Positions 1-11,573 are shown, counted from the first letter of the stretch. The stretch: 64,000 bases of DNA from an uncultured Methanosarcinaceae archaeon (GCA_963727895.1 CAVSHT010000014.1:43434-107433); one strand, 5' to 3'. Made by a program: numbers and translations. The notes: generated by a model from the letters alone, not told the origin.

Positions 1-1293
1 TGCTCCCTGCACTTCCTCTGCTTTACTATTATTTTCACTCTTGTTTAAGGCATTTCCTGCACCTACCAGGCTTTCTGTAGTATCCTGCAGTTTTGCTTCT
101 ATTTGGGTATTGTTTTTGTTTGCTTCTCCAGGATAGGTAATAGCAAAGCAAGAAAAACCAGGCGCTTTCGAAGTAAAATATGAATAATTATTATCTTCTC
201 TGACCTTTTTGGTATAAAGCGGCTCCCAACTTTGATTATACCATTGAAGGGTTATAAGGGATTCATTAACACTATTATTTTTAATCCATGATTTTTCAAC
301 TCTGAATCCAATTACCCCATTTGCAAGGGATGTAGGAAGCCCTCCTCCGTTATCTCCTACCCAGATATTCACATATTTATATACACTTCCGGAAGCACGT
401 TCTGGGACAAAGTTGGACTTGCTCTTGAGTTCTTCTACAGTTGTGGTCGTCTTTTGAAATGTTCTTTTTGCATCGTACTCTATATACATAATGCATGTAC
501 TGTTTTGCAAAAAATCGTATCTTATATGATTGCCACTCATGATATTTCTGGTAGCAAGCTCTACTGAAGCAACATTTTTGGCTGGCTCTTTGGAAAAACT
601 GCTTCTCACGTCACTAGAGCTAGAACTTGAGCTAGAGCTGCTCTGACTTTGGATAAGTTTAGTAGTATCCGTGTTATTTGTTGTCTGATTAGATGTTATA
701 GTAGGGGTAGTTGTTGTCTGATTAGATGTTGTAGTAGAGGTAGTTATTGTTTGATTAAATGTTGTAGTAGGGGTAGTTGTTGTCTGATTAGATGTTGTAG
801 TAGGGGTAGTTGTTGTCTGATTAGATGTTGTAGTAGGGGTAGTTGTTGTCTGATTAGATGTTGTAGTAGGGGTGGTTGTTGTCTGATTAGATGTTGTAGT
901 AGGGGTGGTTGTTGTCTGATTAGATGTTGTAGTAGGGGTAGATTTTTGCTCATAAATTTTTATTCCAACATTATACCCTGAGAGGAATTTCAGATTGTAT
1001 CCAACAGTGTATCCATCAGCATATCCTATATCTTGAGAAGTGGTGCTCTTTGGCGCGAAGTCAATAAGACCAGTTCCTGTATATTTAATTCCTTTAATTC
1101 CTATATCATATCCTTTGTCATATCCATTTATTAGTCCAATTTTATATCCTTCATCATATCCATCCACGTAGTGCTGCTTATCCTTTGATCCCCAACTCGA
1201 ATTCAGAGATGCGCTTACAACTATAGTCATCGCTGACATTAAAAAACAGATAGTCAGCAAAATACTAAGTACCTTTTTGGTCTGTCTCTTCAT
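1..1293 (-). CDS. Secreted PGF-pre-PGF domain cell-surface protein with Thr-rich linker (3' end runs off window)
   Basis: Manual translation from ATG 1293: signal peptide MKRQTKKVLSIFLLTICFLMSA, GY-repeat segment, (TTTSNQTTTTP)n, poly-Ser, then EPAKNVASVELAT...YKYVNIWVG...IGFRVEKSW...PGFSCFAIT typical of PGF-pre-PGF; no stop seen before position 1. Confidence 0.85.
   Translation of the reverse strand, partial: MKRQTKKVLSILLTICFLMSAMTIVVSASLNSSWGSKDKQHYVDGYDEGYKIGLINGYDKGYDIGIKGIKYTGTGLIDFAPKSTTSQDIGYADGYTVGYNLKFLSGYNVGIKIYEQKSTPTTTSNQTTTTPTTTSNQTTTTPTTTSNQTTTTPTTTSNQTTTTPTTTSNQTTTTPTTTFNQTITTSTTTSNQTTTTPTITSNQTTNNTDTTKLIQSQSSSSSSSSSSDVRSSFSKEPAKNVASVELATRNIMSGNHIRYDFLQNSTCIMYIEYDAKRTFQKTTTTVEELKSKSNFVPERASGSVYKYVNIWVGDNGGGLPTSLANGVIGFRVEKSWIKNNSVNESLITLQWYNQSWEPLYTKKVREDNNYSYFTSKAPGFSCFAITYPGEANKNNTQIEAKLQDTTESLVGAGNALNKSENNSKAEEVQGA
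675..940 (-). repeat. 33-bp coding tandem repeat (~8 copies) encoding TTTSNQTTTTP
   Basis: Unit gttgttgtctgattagatgttgtagtaggggta repeated within the surface-protein ORF. Confidence 0.9.
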
Positions 1294-1477
1294 AGTGGTT
1301 TTGACTCTGAATTTCTAATTAAAGCTACTGGTTCCATTGAAAAAAATCTGGTTTTTTTACAAAAAAAGTGAAAACCTTTACAATTAGAAACGTTGACCAT
1401 TTTTATAACGCAAAAAAAGCACATAAAAGACCAATTATAGTCTTAAAGTGCGAGGAAAACATTTTTGCAACACGCGA

Positions 1478-1590
1478 TACGAACAAAATAATAAAACGTT
1501 CGTTTTTGGAAAAGAATATTTTAAAAATTGATAGAAAAATAAGCGATTTTCTTTAAAAATACGAACCTTGCATATCAAAAAAAGTTCGGG
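1478..1590. other. res-like double-dyad site A
   Basis: CGAAC-N13-GTTCG, ~60 bp, CGAAC-N17-GTTCG; same layout recurs elsewhere in the window. Confidence 0.55.
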
Positions 1591-1605
1591 TTTTGGAGTA
1601 TTCTG

Positions 1606-2461
1606 GGTTCTGTTGCAAAAAATATCTGTTAAGGATTTAATCAAATAAAAGGGAAGTAAAGGATAATGACATGCTATCTAATCCCTTTAAATGGAAGCAT
1701 TTTGTGGGTGAAATTATTTTATTGAATGTTAGATGGTACTTAAAATATCCATTAAGTTATCGAAATTTAAAGGAAATGATGGCAGAAAGGGGAGTAGAAG
1801 TTGATCACAGTACTATCATGAGATGGGTACATCAATATTCACCTGAAATTGAAAAGAAGGTCTGAAGGCATTTAAGACCAACAAACGACTCTTGGAGAGT
1901 TGATGAAACTTATATCAGAGTTAAAGGTAAATGGAAATATTTTTACCGAGCAGTTGACTCAAATGGAGATACAATTGATTTTATGTTAAGTGCAAAACGA
2001 GACCAAAAAGCAGCGAACAGATTCTTCAAAAAAGCTTTGAATTCTAATCAGAATCAAATTCCAAGAGTAATCACAGTTGATAAAAATCCAGCTTATCCAC
2101 CTGCTATAAATAAACTAAAAAATGACAAAATACTACCTATAAACGTAGGCATTCGACAAATCAAGTATTTGAATAACATTATAGAACAAGATCATAGATC
2201 CATTAAACGAATAGTTAATCCAATGTTAGGATTTCAGTCTTTTAACACAGCTATTAAGACTTTAAAAGGAATTGAAGCGATGAATATGATTAAAAAAGGA
2301 CAAGTCAAGAATCTAAATTACTCTGGTCTTAATGAAGCTAAATATATTAATCAATTATTTGGAATAGTTCTATAATATTGATACATCTTCTCGAATATTT
2401 TAACTTTTGTTCATTGTCTATAGATTTACATGCTTATTCTGAGATTTTTTGCAACGGAACC
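1606..2461 (+). mobile_element. IS6-family element, copy 1, with 8-bp TSD GTATTCTG
   Basis: IRs ggttctgttgcaaaaaat / ttttttgcaacggaacc; gtattctg at 1598-1605 and 2462-2469. Confidence 0.95.
1671..2375 (+). pseudogene. IS6 transposase with nonsense CGA>TGA at 1863-1865
   Basis: Near-identical to the intact 234-aa copy at 27101 apart from the internal TGA. Confidence 0.9.
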
Positions 2462-2475
2462 GTATTCTGTAGAAC

Positions 2476-2728
2476 TAGGGTTCATGTCCAGAGACCTTCC
2501 GCAGTAAATTTGATTTAAATCTTCTGACATACTTGTAAACACAAATCAATATCTATAGTCAAGAGGCTAAATGATGCAACTTTTAATGATTTTCAGAACT
2601 TTCTTGTGATTGCGAAAATATATACAATTTACGTGAGCATTCATCATTTAACTATCGAAGTCTAGTGGAAATATGGAATTCCTCGGGAGTTTCATTGAGT
2701 GTTACTGCAGGAGGTCTGTGGACATGAA
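2476..2728 (+). mobile_element. ~250-bp MITE, internal-deletion derivative of the IS at 42779-44029
   Basis: Left ~110 bp match the IS left end and the remainder matches its right end; joined at tgcaac(t/g)ttt microhomology. Confidence 0.85.
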
Positions 2729-5254
2729 GACTCATAGTGAAAAAAAGCTTGTATTCTGGAGTATTCCTACATCCGAGATATTGCAGGAACTCCAAACAAC
2801 GGATGAAGGCCTAAAAAGTTCCGAAAGCGGTGAGCGTCTTAAGAGATATGGGGCTAATATTCTTAGACCAAAGAAAAGGTCAGATGCCCTTAAGATTCTG
2901 CTTTCCCAATTCAAAAGTCCGATTACGCTTATTCTCCTTTTTGCAGCCGGAATTGCCTTTTTTCTTCATGAACAAACAGATACCATAATTATTGTAACTA
3001 TTGTCTTGATCAGCAGTTTGCTGGGATTCTGGCAGGAAAAAGAATCTGCAGATGCCTTTGAAAAACTGCTTTCTGTAGTGCAGATAAAGGCGGCAGTTAT
3101 CAGAGACGGCAGGGAAACAGAAGTTCCAGTCAAAGAGATCGTGCCTGGAGATATAATAATCCTCCACCCAGGAGACATGATTCCTGCAGACTGCTTGATT
3201 CTTGACTCAAATGACCTTTTTGTTAGCGAAGCTACTCTCACAGGAGAGAGTTATCCTGTAGAAAAATCAATCGGTGCATTGAAGGCAGAAATCCCTATCG
3301 GACAGCGTATAAATTCTCTCTGGATGGGAACAAGTGTGGTTAGTGGAAGTGAAAAAGCACTGGTAGTGTTTACAGGGAAGAAAACCGAGTTTGGGAAAAT
3401 TTCAGAAACGCTGAAACTCAGGCCTCCGGAAACTGAGTTTGAAAGAGGCGTTGCAAACTTTGGCCATTTTCTGATGGAAGTTACGATGCTTATGGTGCTA
3501 GCTATCTTCGTGATCAACGTTTATCTCCAGCGTCCGGTACTTGACTCGTTTCTTTTCTCCCTTGCTCTTGCAGTTGGGCTGACTCCTCAGCTTCTGCCTG
3601 CAATCATTAGTGTTAACCTTTCCCACGGCGCAAGAGAGATGGCGCAAAATAAGGTGATTGTCAAGAGACTAGCTTCAATTGAGAATCTGGGCAGTATGAA
3701 CCTACTTTGCTCCAACAAGACTGGTACTCTGACTAAAGGAGAACTGCAACTTCACTCTTTTCAGGACCTCAAAGGAGATCAAAATGAAAAAGTCCTCCTT
3801 TATGCCAGTCTCAATGCCTATTACCAGAAAGGTTTTGAAAATCCTATCGACAAAGCAATAGTTGTACAGAATAAACTTGATTTGGCCCAGTATGAAAAAC
3901 TAGACGAAATCCCTTATGACTTCATACGTAAACGGTTAAGTATCCTTGTCTCAAAAAGTGGCACTAACCTGATGATTACCAAAGGTGCGCTTCCGAATAT
4001 TCTTGAAATCTGTTCCATAGCAGAGGCTGAACCTGGAAAAACTGTAGACATTTCTGAGGTAAAGAAACAAATAGAGCAACAGTTTGAAGAATTCAGCGAA
4101 AAAGGGCTTCGAACGCTTGGAGTTGCATACAGGGAAATGGGGCAGCAGAAAACTATCAAAAAAGAAAAGGAAAAAGGAATGACTTTTCTAGGGTTACTCT
4201 TCTTTTTGACCCACCAAAGCCAGACATTATAAAAACGATAGAAAGCATGGGACAGCTCGGAATTTCTCTGAAGATTATTACTGGAGACAACAAGTTTGTG
4301 GCTGCCAGTATCAGCCGGGAGATCGGACTTAAGAACTCCAAGGTTATAACCGGGATCGAACTTGATAAGATGAGTAACGAAGCCCTGGTTAAGCAGGTAA
4401 ATGATACTGATTTTTTTGCAGAGATAGAACCGAACCAGAAAGAACGTATCATCCTTGCATTCAAAAAGAGTGGAAACGTCGTTGGCTATATAGGAGACGG
4501 CATTAATGATGCGTCTGCTCTTCATGCTGCAGATGTGGGAATTTCAGTTGACAGCGCTGCAGATGTTGCCAAAGACGCTGCAGACATTGTGCTGATGGAA
4601 AAGAATCTGGACGCACTTGTTGAGGGGATAAAGGGTGGGCGGAAAACCTTTGCCAACACCCTGAAGTACGTCTTCATGGCTACAAGCGCCAATTTCGGGA
4701 ACATGTTCAGCATGGCGGGAGCGTCCCTTTTCTTGCCTTTCCTTCCCCTGCTGCCCACACAGATCCTACTAACCAATTTATTGACCGACTTTCCGGAGAT
4801 GACCATAGCAACGGATTCTGTGGACAGGGAGTTGATCGAAAAACCCCGTCGCTGGGATATAGGTTTTATCCGCAAGTTTATGATAGTATTTGGTCTTACC
4901 AGCTCTGTATTTGACTATCTGACTTTCGGCGTTTTGCTTCTTATCCTCCCTGGTAAGATAGAGCAATTCAGAACCGGATGGTTTGTGGAATCCGTTATTT
5001 CAGCATCTATGATAGTCCTGGTAATTCGAAGCAGAAAACCTTTCTTCAAAAGCAAACCCGGAAAATACTTGCTGGCAGTTACCCTGCTTGTTGGAGTCTT
5101 GACACTTTGTCTACCGCTGACTCCTTTTGCAGCTCCTTTTGGCTTCAAATCTCTCTCCATTTCCATGATTTTAATACTCGGAGTCATAGTAGGACTATAC
5201 ATTCTTACGGCTGAGATAATAAAGAAAATGTTTTATAAAAAAGTAAAATTTTGA
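2724..5254 (+). pseudogene. mgtA: Mg2+-translocating P-type ATPase (MgtA-like), frameshifted near 4205, phosphorylation Asp changed to Asn
   Basis: TGES, AVGLTPQLLP, CSNKTGTLT (normally DKTGT), KGA, TGDN, GDGINDA and SANFGNMFS motifs split over two ORFs. Confidence 0.88.
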
Positions 5255-5485
5255 GATCCAGGCCGTCTCAAAAACAGTGTCACGAAGATTTAGTTATTGG
5301 TCATCTAAAGCTCAGAATCATTGTGCTCTGACAAGAAGCTACTGAAGATTATGCTCAATAATTAAATTGCCATGACACTAGTGCTTCGATTCCAAAATCA
5401 ATTCCTTATTTCTTGGAAAAATCGTATCTCTTCAAATTAAGTGGAAAGGTCTTCACTTTCAATTCAATGCACTTTTTTTTCTGAT

Positions 5486-5619
5486 TAGAGCCTATCCAAA
5501 AAGTGGTTACCGGCTATAACTTTTACAATATGCAATATGCAAAACCGTAACGGATGCCCGGATATTTAGACCTATTGCAACTTTTCGATATGCATTATCG
5601 ACTTTTCGGATAGGCTCTA
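5486..5619. mobile_element. ~130-bp MITE with GAGCCTATCC...GGATAGGCTC IRs
   Basis: Terminal IRs; related copies at 13120, 19030 and 26785. Confidence 0.75.
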
Positions 5620-5996
5620 ATAACAGGCTTATGCTTCCAAACAATTGATTTTTTTTTGAATTCATTTTTTTCAGCAGGAATTAACTAATTTATAGGCTTC
5701 ACAAGAAAATATCTTTATCAAAAACTCCAGCTTTGTATCTTATTTAAAATTTTTCTGTAATCAAATGGGTAAAATTGCTCTTTAAACTGTTATGTAATAC
5801 ATATTTTTACAGGAAGGCAAAAAAGAAGAAATTAGTTTGCTCCATAACCATATTAAGAAATTGAACGAAAGAAATAGGTTATCAATATTTCAATTATAAT
5901 AATTGAATTAAAGAATTGTATAAATAAAGTAAAAGAGTAACGTAATATGTGATGTAAATGGTGAAAGGTTTGGGTAAAATATATAAAACTATTTTT

Positions 5997-6749
5997 GGCA
6001 TTGATACTTAAACATAGTTATATACTATTAGAAAGTATATTTCTTCATGAACTGCCCCAGATGCAATAGTTCCAGTCACAAAAAGAACGGTATAGTTGGT
6101 GGTCGTCAACGCCACAAATGCCATAATTGTGGATATAACTATACAGTAGAGCTAAAATCAACTGCTTTTTCCGCCTCTGTTAAAAGACAGGCTTTACAAC
6201 TTTACCTTGAAGGATTAGGCTTTCGTTCAATAGGAAGAGTTTTAGGGGTGAGTCATGTTTCTGTCCAAAGATGGATCAAGAAATTTGGTCAGGAGTTAGA
6301 GGACCTAAAAAGTGAAAATGAGATATCTATTGTTGAAATGGATGAGATGCACACTTACATCGGTAACAAAAAAAATATTGCTGGATCTGGATTGCTATTG
6401 ATAGAGTTGGGAAAAAGTTCATCAACTGCTCTTTTGGTGGTAGAGGAACGGAAACTGGAAAACTACTCTGGGAAAAATTGAAGAAAAAAGAGATTGGAGA
6501 AGTGATGACAGATCACTGGAGAGCATATGCAGAGTTTCTTCCAGAAAAGATCCATACTCAATCCAAAGCAAAAACGTATACTGTTGAAGGATATAACAGC
6601 ATATTGAAACAGCATATTGAGGCATTTTCTGGCAAGGTTGAGAAGAAAGACAGAGTGTTATACGAAGAGTATTGAAATGCTAAAGTACTCGGTTATTCTA
6701 TTGATGAAATACAGAAATAAAGAACTGGCCATGTTTAGTTAACAATGCC
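5997..6749 (+). mobile_element. IS1-family element (InsA/InsB, A-run frameshift), damaged by a short duplication near 6600
   Basis: MNCPRC...CxxC InsA; EMDEMH, TDHWRAY, VEGYNS motifs; IRs ggcattga / aacaatgcc. Confidence 0.9.
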
Positions 6750-7224
6750 GTCAAGTGAAATATTTTTCCAGAGTAAAGCTACTCCAACAATAAATCCTGA
6801 AATTATTGTGCTTTTATCCAAATTTGATAGCCATTTGAGTGCTTTAGAAAATATGTTTTGTTTCGATGTATCTACATGATTAAATTCAGTCCTGATAGAT
6901 GTGTATGGAATGTACTTAAGCCGGCATATGTCCATTTTTTTAGCTGAATTTTCGATTATTTTCTGTAGAGGACCTTCTATACTATTACCAACTTCCCACA
7001 ACTCCCTGACACATTCCTCAAAAGCTCTTTCGTCCTTTCGCATTCTAGAATGTTTATATTTATATATTTTTTATGCAATCCATTAATTTATCAAGAGACT
7101 GTATGAATGCTTCACCTTTCTGATTTCCTTTATATATTTCTCTACAGACAATTAATTTATTTTCCCAATTTTCAATTTCATATTCAAGTTTTGGTACTTC
7201 ATCCGTTGTTTTGATTACTTTAAG

Positions 7225-7389
7225 AAACGCATAGTCAATTATGATTTACAAAACTGCCATTACAATACTAATAATCAATCAATTATTTGGAATAGTTCTA
7301 TAATATTGATACATCTTCTAGAATATTTTAACTTTTCTTTGATATCGTAAATTTACATGCTTATCCTGAGATTTTTTGCAACGTAACCA
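7225..7389 (+). mobile_element. IS6 right-end relic
   Basis: Matches the transposase 3' end and ...ttttttgcaacgtaacc IR. Confidence 0.7.
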
Positions 7390-7523
7390 CTGTAATTTAT
7401 GCATAGCTTTTTGAAATTTGCCATACTTTATTAGCTCTCGAAAACCAATAGCTATCGCCAATATTTGTGGAATGGCTTTATATAGTTAGAAATTTATACA
7501 GTATCTAGCGATTAATTTTCGAG

Positions 7524-7817
7524 GTGACTATTATAGCCGATGCGAGAAATTTTGTTTTACGAGATGAGAATGGCAATGAGCATGGAGTCTTCACAGGGAA
7601 ACAGCCTCGTCAGGCTGCTTTGAAAGCTGCAAATCGGGGTGCTGGGACAAAATCCAAACCGGAGATTATTCGTCTTAGAGAACGCGGAACAAAGAAAGTA
7701 CACGTTTTCAAGGGATGGAAAGAAACTGTAAAAGCTCCCGAAAATAGGCCTAGCTGGATGCCTGAGAAAATAGATAAGCCCTTTGTCAAGAAAGAGAAAA
7801 TCGAAACAATCGAGTAA
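7524..7817 (+). CDS. Non-histone chromosomal protein MC1
   Basis: RNFVLRDENGNEHGVFTGKQPRQAALKAANRG...RLRERGTKKVHVF; expected start position after GAGGTGA is ATA at 7533. Confidence 0.93.
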   Translation: MTIIADARNFVLRDENGNEHGVFTGKQPRQAALKAANRGAGTKSKPEIIRLRERGTKKVHVFKGWKETVKAPENRPSWMPEKIDKPFVKKEKIETIE

Positions 7818-8025
7818 ATAAAAATCTTCTTTTTCAATTTTTACCCTAGAAAACTAAGTTAGGCAACATGACCTTAAAACAACTTTTTTCAGTATACTGT
7901 GACTTACCTCAAAACTGTATAGTTGTAACAGGCCAACGAATACAATTTAACGAGGTGATATGGATTGCTGACCTGCAAGACATCATTAATTGAAATAGGT
8001 TAAATTCTTTTTCGTTCTGTTCAAA

Positions 8026-8054
8026 TACGAACTTTGTAGGTCAAAAGGTTCGCA
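8026..8054. other. res-like dyad site B (partial)
   Basis: tacgaac-N15-gttcgca; downstream sequence resembles site D. Confidence 0.45.
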
Positions 8055-8227
8055 TATTAACACTTTCTGAAAAAGTAGTTTTTTAGGAAAATGTATAGGT
8101 TTTACAACGAAATTTTCGCTACATTTTTTATATTTTGCATTAGAAAAAAGTTATGTAAAATAAGTAACACTCCATTAAAACATATGGGGTAACTCTTATT
8201 TCAATGGAAAAACGTAAAATAAAGTAA

Positions 8228-8437
8228 TTAGTCTGTTGCTATTATCACATCTGAAGCTTTGACTACAGCGTATACATCGCTTCCTTCTTTTAAGTTCAGA
8301 CTTTCAGCTGATGTTTTTGTGATGATGGAAGTGATTTCTGCTCCTCCAGGTACTGCTATTACAATTTCAGCGTTTACCATACCAGTAACAATTTTTTTAA
8401 CCTTGCCCTTCATTACATTGCGTGCGCTCAGTTTCAT
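8228..8437 (-). CDS. TOBE-domain molybdate-binding protein (Mop/molbindin)
   Basis: MKLSARN..KGKV...ITSIITKTSAESLNLKEGSDVYAVVKASDV. Confidence 0.92.
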   Translation of the reverse strand: MKLSARNVMKGKVKKIVTGMVNAEIVIAVPGGAEITSIITKTSAESLNLKEGSDVYAVVKASDVIIATD

Positions 8438-8601
8438 TATTTGCTCCTCCACTCTATTTTTTTAGTTATTTTTATTATTCTTTAGTTATTTTACACATAT
8501 CTATACATATATGAGTCTTACGAACTTGAGATCAGTTTATGGTTTCTATTTGGAGATTGATATCGGTTCAGCTCAAAAACGTGAAGAATTAAAATCATTT
8601 T

Positions 8602-8791
8602 CATGCGTCTTCGGTTAAGTGAAGAATCGTGACAAATTGCATCAATTCCTATAACATTTGTTAAATCTGTTAATAGATCATGAGCTGGAACAAGGTATCG
8701 ATTTCATATAGATAAGCAAAGATTTAAGGCAGGCTTCTAGTGCAAAATCAATAGCTTTCAGGCAAGAAAATTCTTTAACCGATGACCAATG
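8602..8791. mobile_element. ~190-bp MITE related to the IS4-family ends
   Basis: catgcgtcttcggttaag ... ttaaccgatgaccaatg; second copy at 36428-36616. Confidence 0.75.
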
Positions 8792-8891
8792 AAAAAGTCT
8801 CAAACTTCTGTATTTTCTAAATATTCTGTATAATTTGCTGCTGGGATTGAAGCAAAAAGGACTAAAATACATAGATTTTATGAAAATAAAT

Positions 8892-9160
8892 TGCGTGCGG
8901 CCACCCCACCCTAAAGGATGGGGTATGCTTCGGGCCGCCTGCCCGGTTAATTGGAGACAGATAATTAAGCATCCTTTAACAAGGTTTCCTTACTATAAGT
9001 GATTGAAATTTTGACCTCGGTTTCCTATCCGATTTACGATCTACATAAAAGGAAGCTATGGTTTAGATATTCAAAGAGAAATAAGAAGAGGCGAGGGTCC
9101 ACTTCATCTCCAATCTAAAGAATGGAGTATTCGTGACCCTCTGCGCTCCCGTTGTAATAA
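8892..9160. mobile_element. Non-autonomous IS200/IS605-like element (hairpin-ended)
   Basis: GC-rich hairpin accccaccctaaaggatggggt at left; gagggtc...ctccaatctaaagaatggag...gaccctc at right; no ORF. Confidence 0.6.
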
Positions 9161-10090
9161 AGTAGAAAGTAGGCGGGTATCTGGTCTATAAGCACATTGG
9201 GAAGAGGAAAGTTATGGCATATAAACCAGAAAATCCCGCATGACAACTATTACTTCTGTAATCAGTTAACTCCCATCGAAAAACATGTCAGAAACTATAT
9301 AACGGGTAGAATCCCCCAAGATAAAGTACACTCTAAAAACCAATTTTTTAGAAAAAATAATTCATAATAATCTTTAAAAGGAACAAATAATTAATATAAA
9401 ACCTTTATTTGTTCACAATTTATGTTTATTCATAAATAAGGCATCTGATATCATTTTTGTCCTTACAAAATTCAATGTTAAAAGTAAGGAAAAAACAACG
9501 TTTAATGTACCAATAGAAGTATTTAAGTCCTTTAAATAAAAAATAAATCTTTTAATGAATGTAATTTACTTGGGGAAGGATTGATACTACATTTAACTGG
9601 AAAAATAAGGTTTAATATTTCTTAAAAAACTAATCATTTTTCAAGGGGTATAAACGAGTTAGAAAAATACAGTAATTTTTTCTTATAACTATTGTCTTTT
9701 TTTATTGTATTTCCAATAGCAAATATTATACCTATAATAACTCCGTTAGCAACCCCTCGCGTTAAATCGTGAAATAAGTATTCTAATAATATGCTGACTA
9801 TCAATGGTACTAAAAAAAATAAAAGTTGTTCCTTTATAGAAAAATTCTCCAAGTCCTCTTTGATATTTTACAGGAAATTATTTTTTGCTCCAGAATATAT
9901 ACCATTTCTTTTTTGGTTCTAGAAGCTGTTTCTACGTGATGTTATTTACTATGAAATAATTCTATGGCAATGCCAATACCAATGCCCAGACATATAAACC
10001 CGAAAATTAAGATAAACGACGACGAATTTTCAAATGCATATAGCATTGAATAAATACCAATTATCATCAAAGCAGTAAAAACAAAAAGAG

Positions 10091-10761
10091 GGTATTGTTA
10101 CTTAACTATATCTAGTTCTTTATTTCTTTATTTCATCAATGGAATTACCGAGTACTTTAGCATTTCAAGACTCTTCGTATAACACTTTGTCTTTCTTCTC
10201 AACCTTGCCAAAAAGTGCCTCAATATGCTGTTATATCCTTCAACAGTATACGTTTCTGCTTTGGATTGAGTATGGATCTTTTCTGGAATAAACTCTGCAT
10301 ATGCTCTCCAGTGATCGGTCAATCACTTCTCCAATCTCTTTTTTCTTCAATTTTTCCCTGAGTAGTTTTCCAGCTTCTGTTCCTCTGCTACCAAAAGAGC
10401 AGTTGATGAACTTTTTCCCAACTCTATCAACAGCAATCCAGATCCAGCAATATTTTTTTTGTTACCGATGTAAGTGTGCATCTCATCCATTTCAACAATA
10501 GATATCTCATTTTCACTTTTTAGATTCTCTCACTCTTGACCAAATTTCTTGATTCATTTTTGGACAGAAACATGACTTACCCCTAAAAATCGTTCTATTG
10601 AGCGAAAACCCAATCCTTCAAGATAGCCACAATCAGAACATTTGTACCGTTGACGCCCGTCAACTATATCATTTTTTTATGACTGGAACTATTGCATCTG
10701 GGGCAGTTCATGCAGAAATAGAGGTTCTCATAATAAATAACTATAGTTAATTATCAAAACC
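10091..10761 (-). mobile_element. IS1-family element, degraded with internal deletion
   Basis: InsB fragment ORF 10128-10322; IR ggtattgtta; similar deletion in copy at 32542. Confidence 0.88.
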
Positions 10762-10772
10762 AAAGTTAGAAA

Positions 10773-10879
10773 TAAGTGGATCAACTTTTCCAAAATGAGG
10801 AAATGAGTTTAATGAATTTGAATGGAATTCCATTGTTCTTATAGAATCGGAGAAAAACCAGAAAAAATTAAAAAGACTC
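10773..10879 (+). mobile_element. Solo right end of the IS256/MULE-like element at 55467-57051
   Basis: ~105 bp nearly identical to 56943-57051, ending aaattaaaaagactc. Confidence 0.8.
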
Positions 10880-10896
10880 TGGATTTAAATCAGGAA

Positions 10897-11187
10897 TTAG
10901 TACCTGTGGTAGTACGGATGGTGGTATGGATGGTAGTATGGATGGTAGTATGGATGGTAGTATGGATGGTAGTATGGATGGTAGTATGGATGGTAGTATG
11001 GATGGTAGTATGGATGGTAGTATGGATGGTAGTATGGATGGTAGTATGGATGGTAGTATGGATGGTAGTAGCCACCGTGGTGATAAGGCTGTGCGCTTAC
11101 TGTCGCAGCTGTTAATGTTACTACAAAGAAAACTGCTAGCAAGACAGCTACTGCTTTTTTTGTTGTGTTAAATGTTTTTTTTCCCAT
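10897..11187 (-). CDS. Small secreted His/Tyr/Pro tandem-repeat protein, (YHPY)12
   Basis: RBS-like GGAGTGA before ATG 11187; signal peptide ending VSA; 12-bp repeat array. Confidence 0.8.
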   Translation of the reverse strand: MGKKTFNTTKKAVAVLLAVFFVVTLTAATVSAQPYHHGGYYHPYYHPYYHPYYHPYYHPYYHPYYHPYYHPYYHPYYHPYYHPYYHPYHHPYYHRY

Positions 11188-11573
11188 GTAGTTCACTCCC
11201 CATATTTTTACTTAAGTTGATACAATTTCAAAACACCCCTTTTCAATTCAGATTCAGTCTGCAGATACGTTTAGTAGTAAATACTATTCTATTAATTAAT
11301 AATCCACGACAATTTTGGAAAGAAAACATTGTCGGTAAAATACTATTTTTATATGCCGTGATTTACATGTTGATGAGGGCGATTTTAAAATTATAACACA
11401 TGGGTATTATTATTATTATTTAAAGAATATAATAGATATAGAAATATAATTAAGAAACCTATAAAAAGTTAAAATTAGAATTATTTAGACTTAGTTTCCA
11501 TAAATTTTATCTTAACAGAATAATTCTTCTAAATTATTTATTAATATGAAACTTATCGAAAGTTAATGTGCCC

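Noticed and set aside
649..981. Cys-rich ORF (CCLIRCCSRG)n and minus-strand LLQHLIRQQ ORF
   Set aside because: Shadow frames of the Thr-rich linker of the PGF-pre-PGF gene
1863..1865. TGA recoding in IS6 transposase
   Set aside because: Intact copy has CGA; simple C>T change, and Methanosarcina are not known to use selenocysteine
6735..7250. Minus-strand hypothetical ORF remnant
   Set aside because: Fragment between IS1 and an IS6 relic with no recognisable motif
10822..11171. (VVWM)n, (MDGS)n and (TTIH)n ORFs
   Set aside because: Alternative frames of the 12-bp repeat; only the YHPY frame has an RBS and signal peptide
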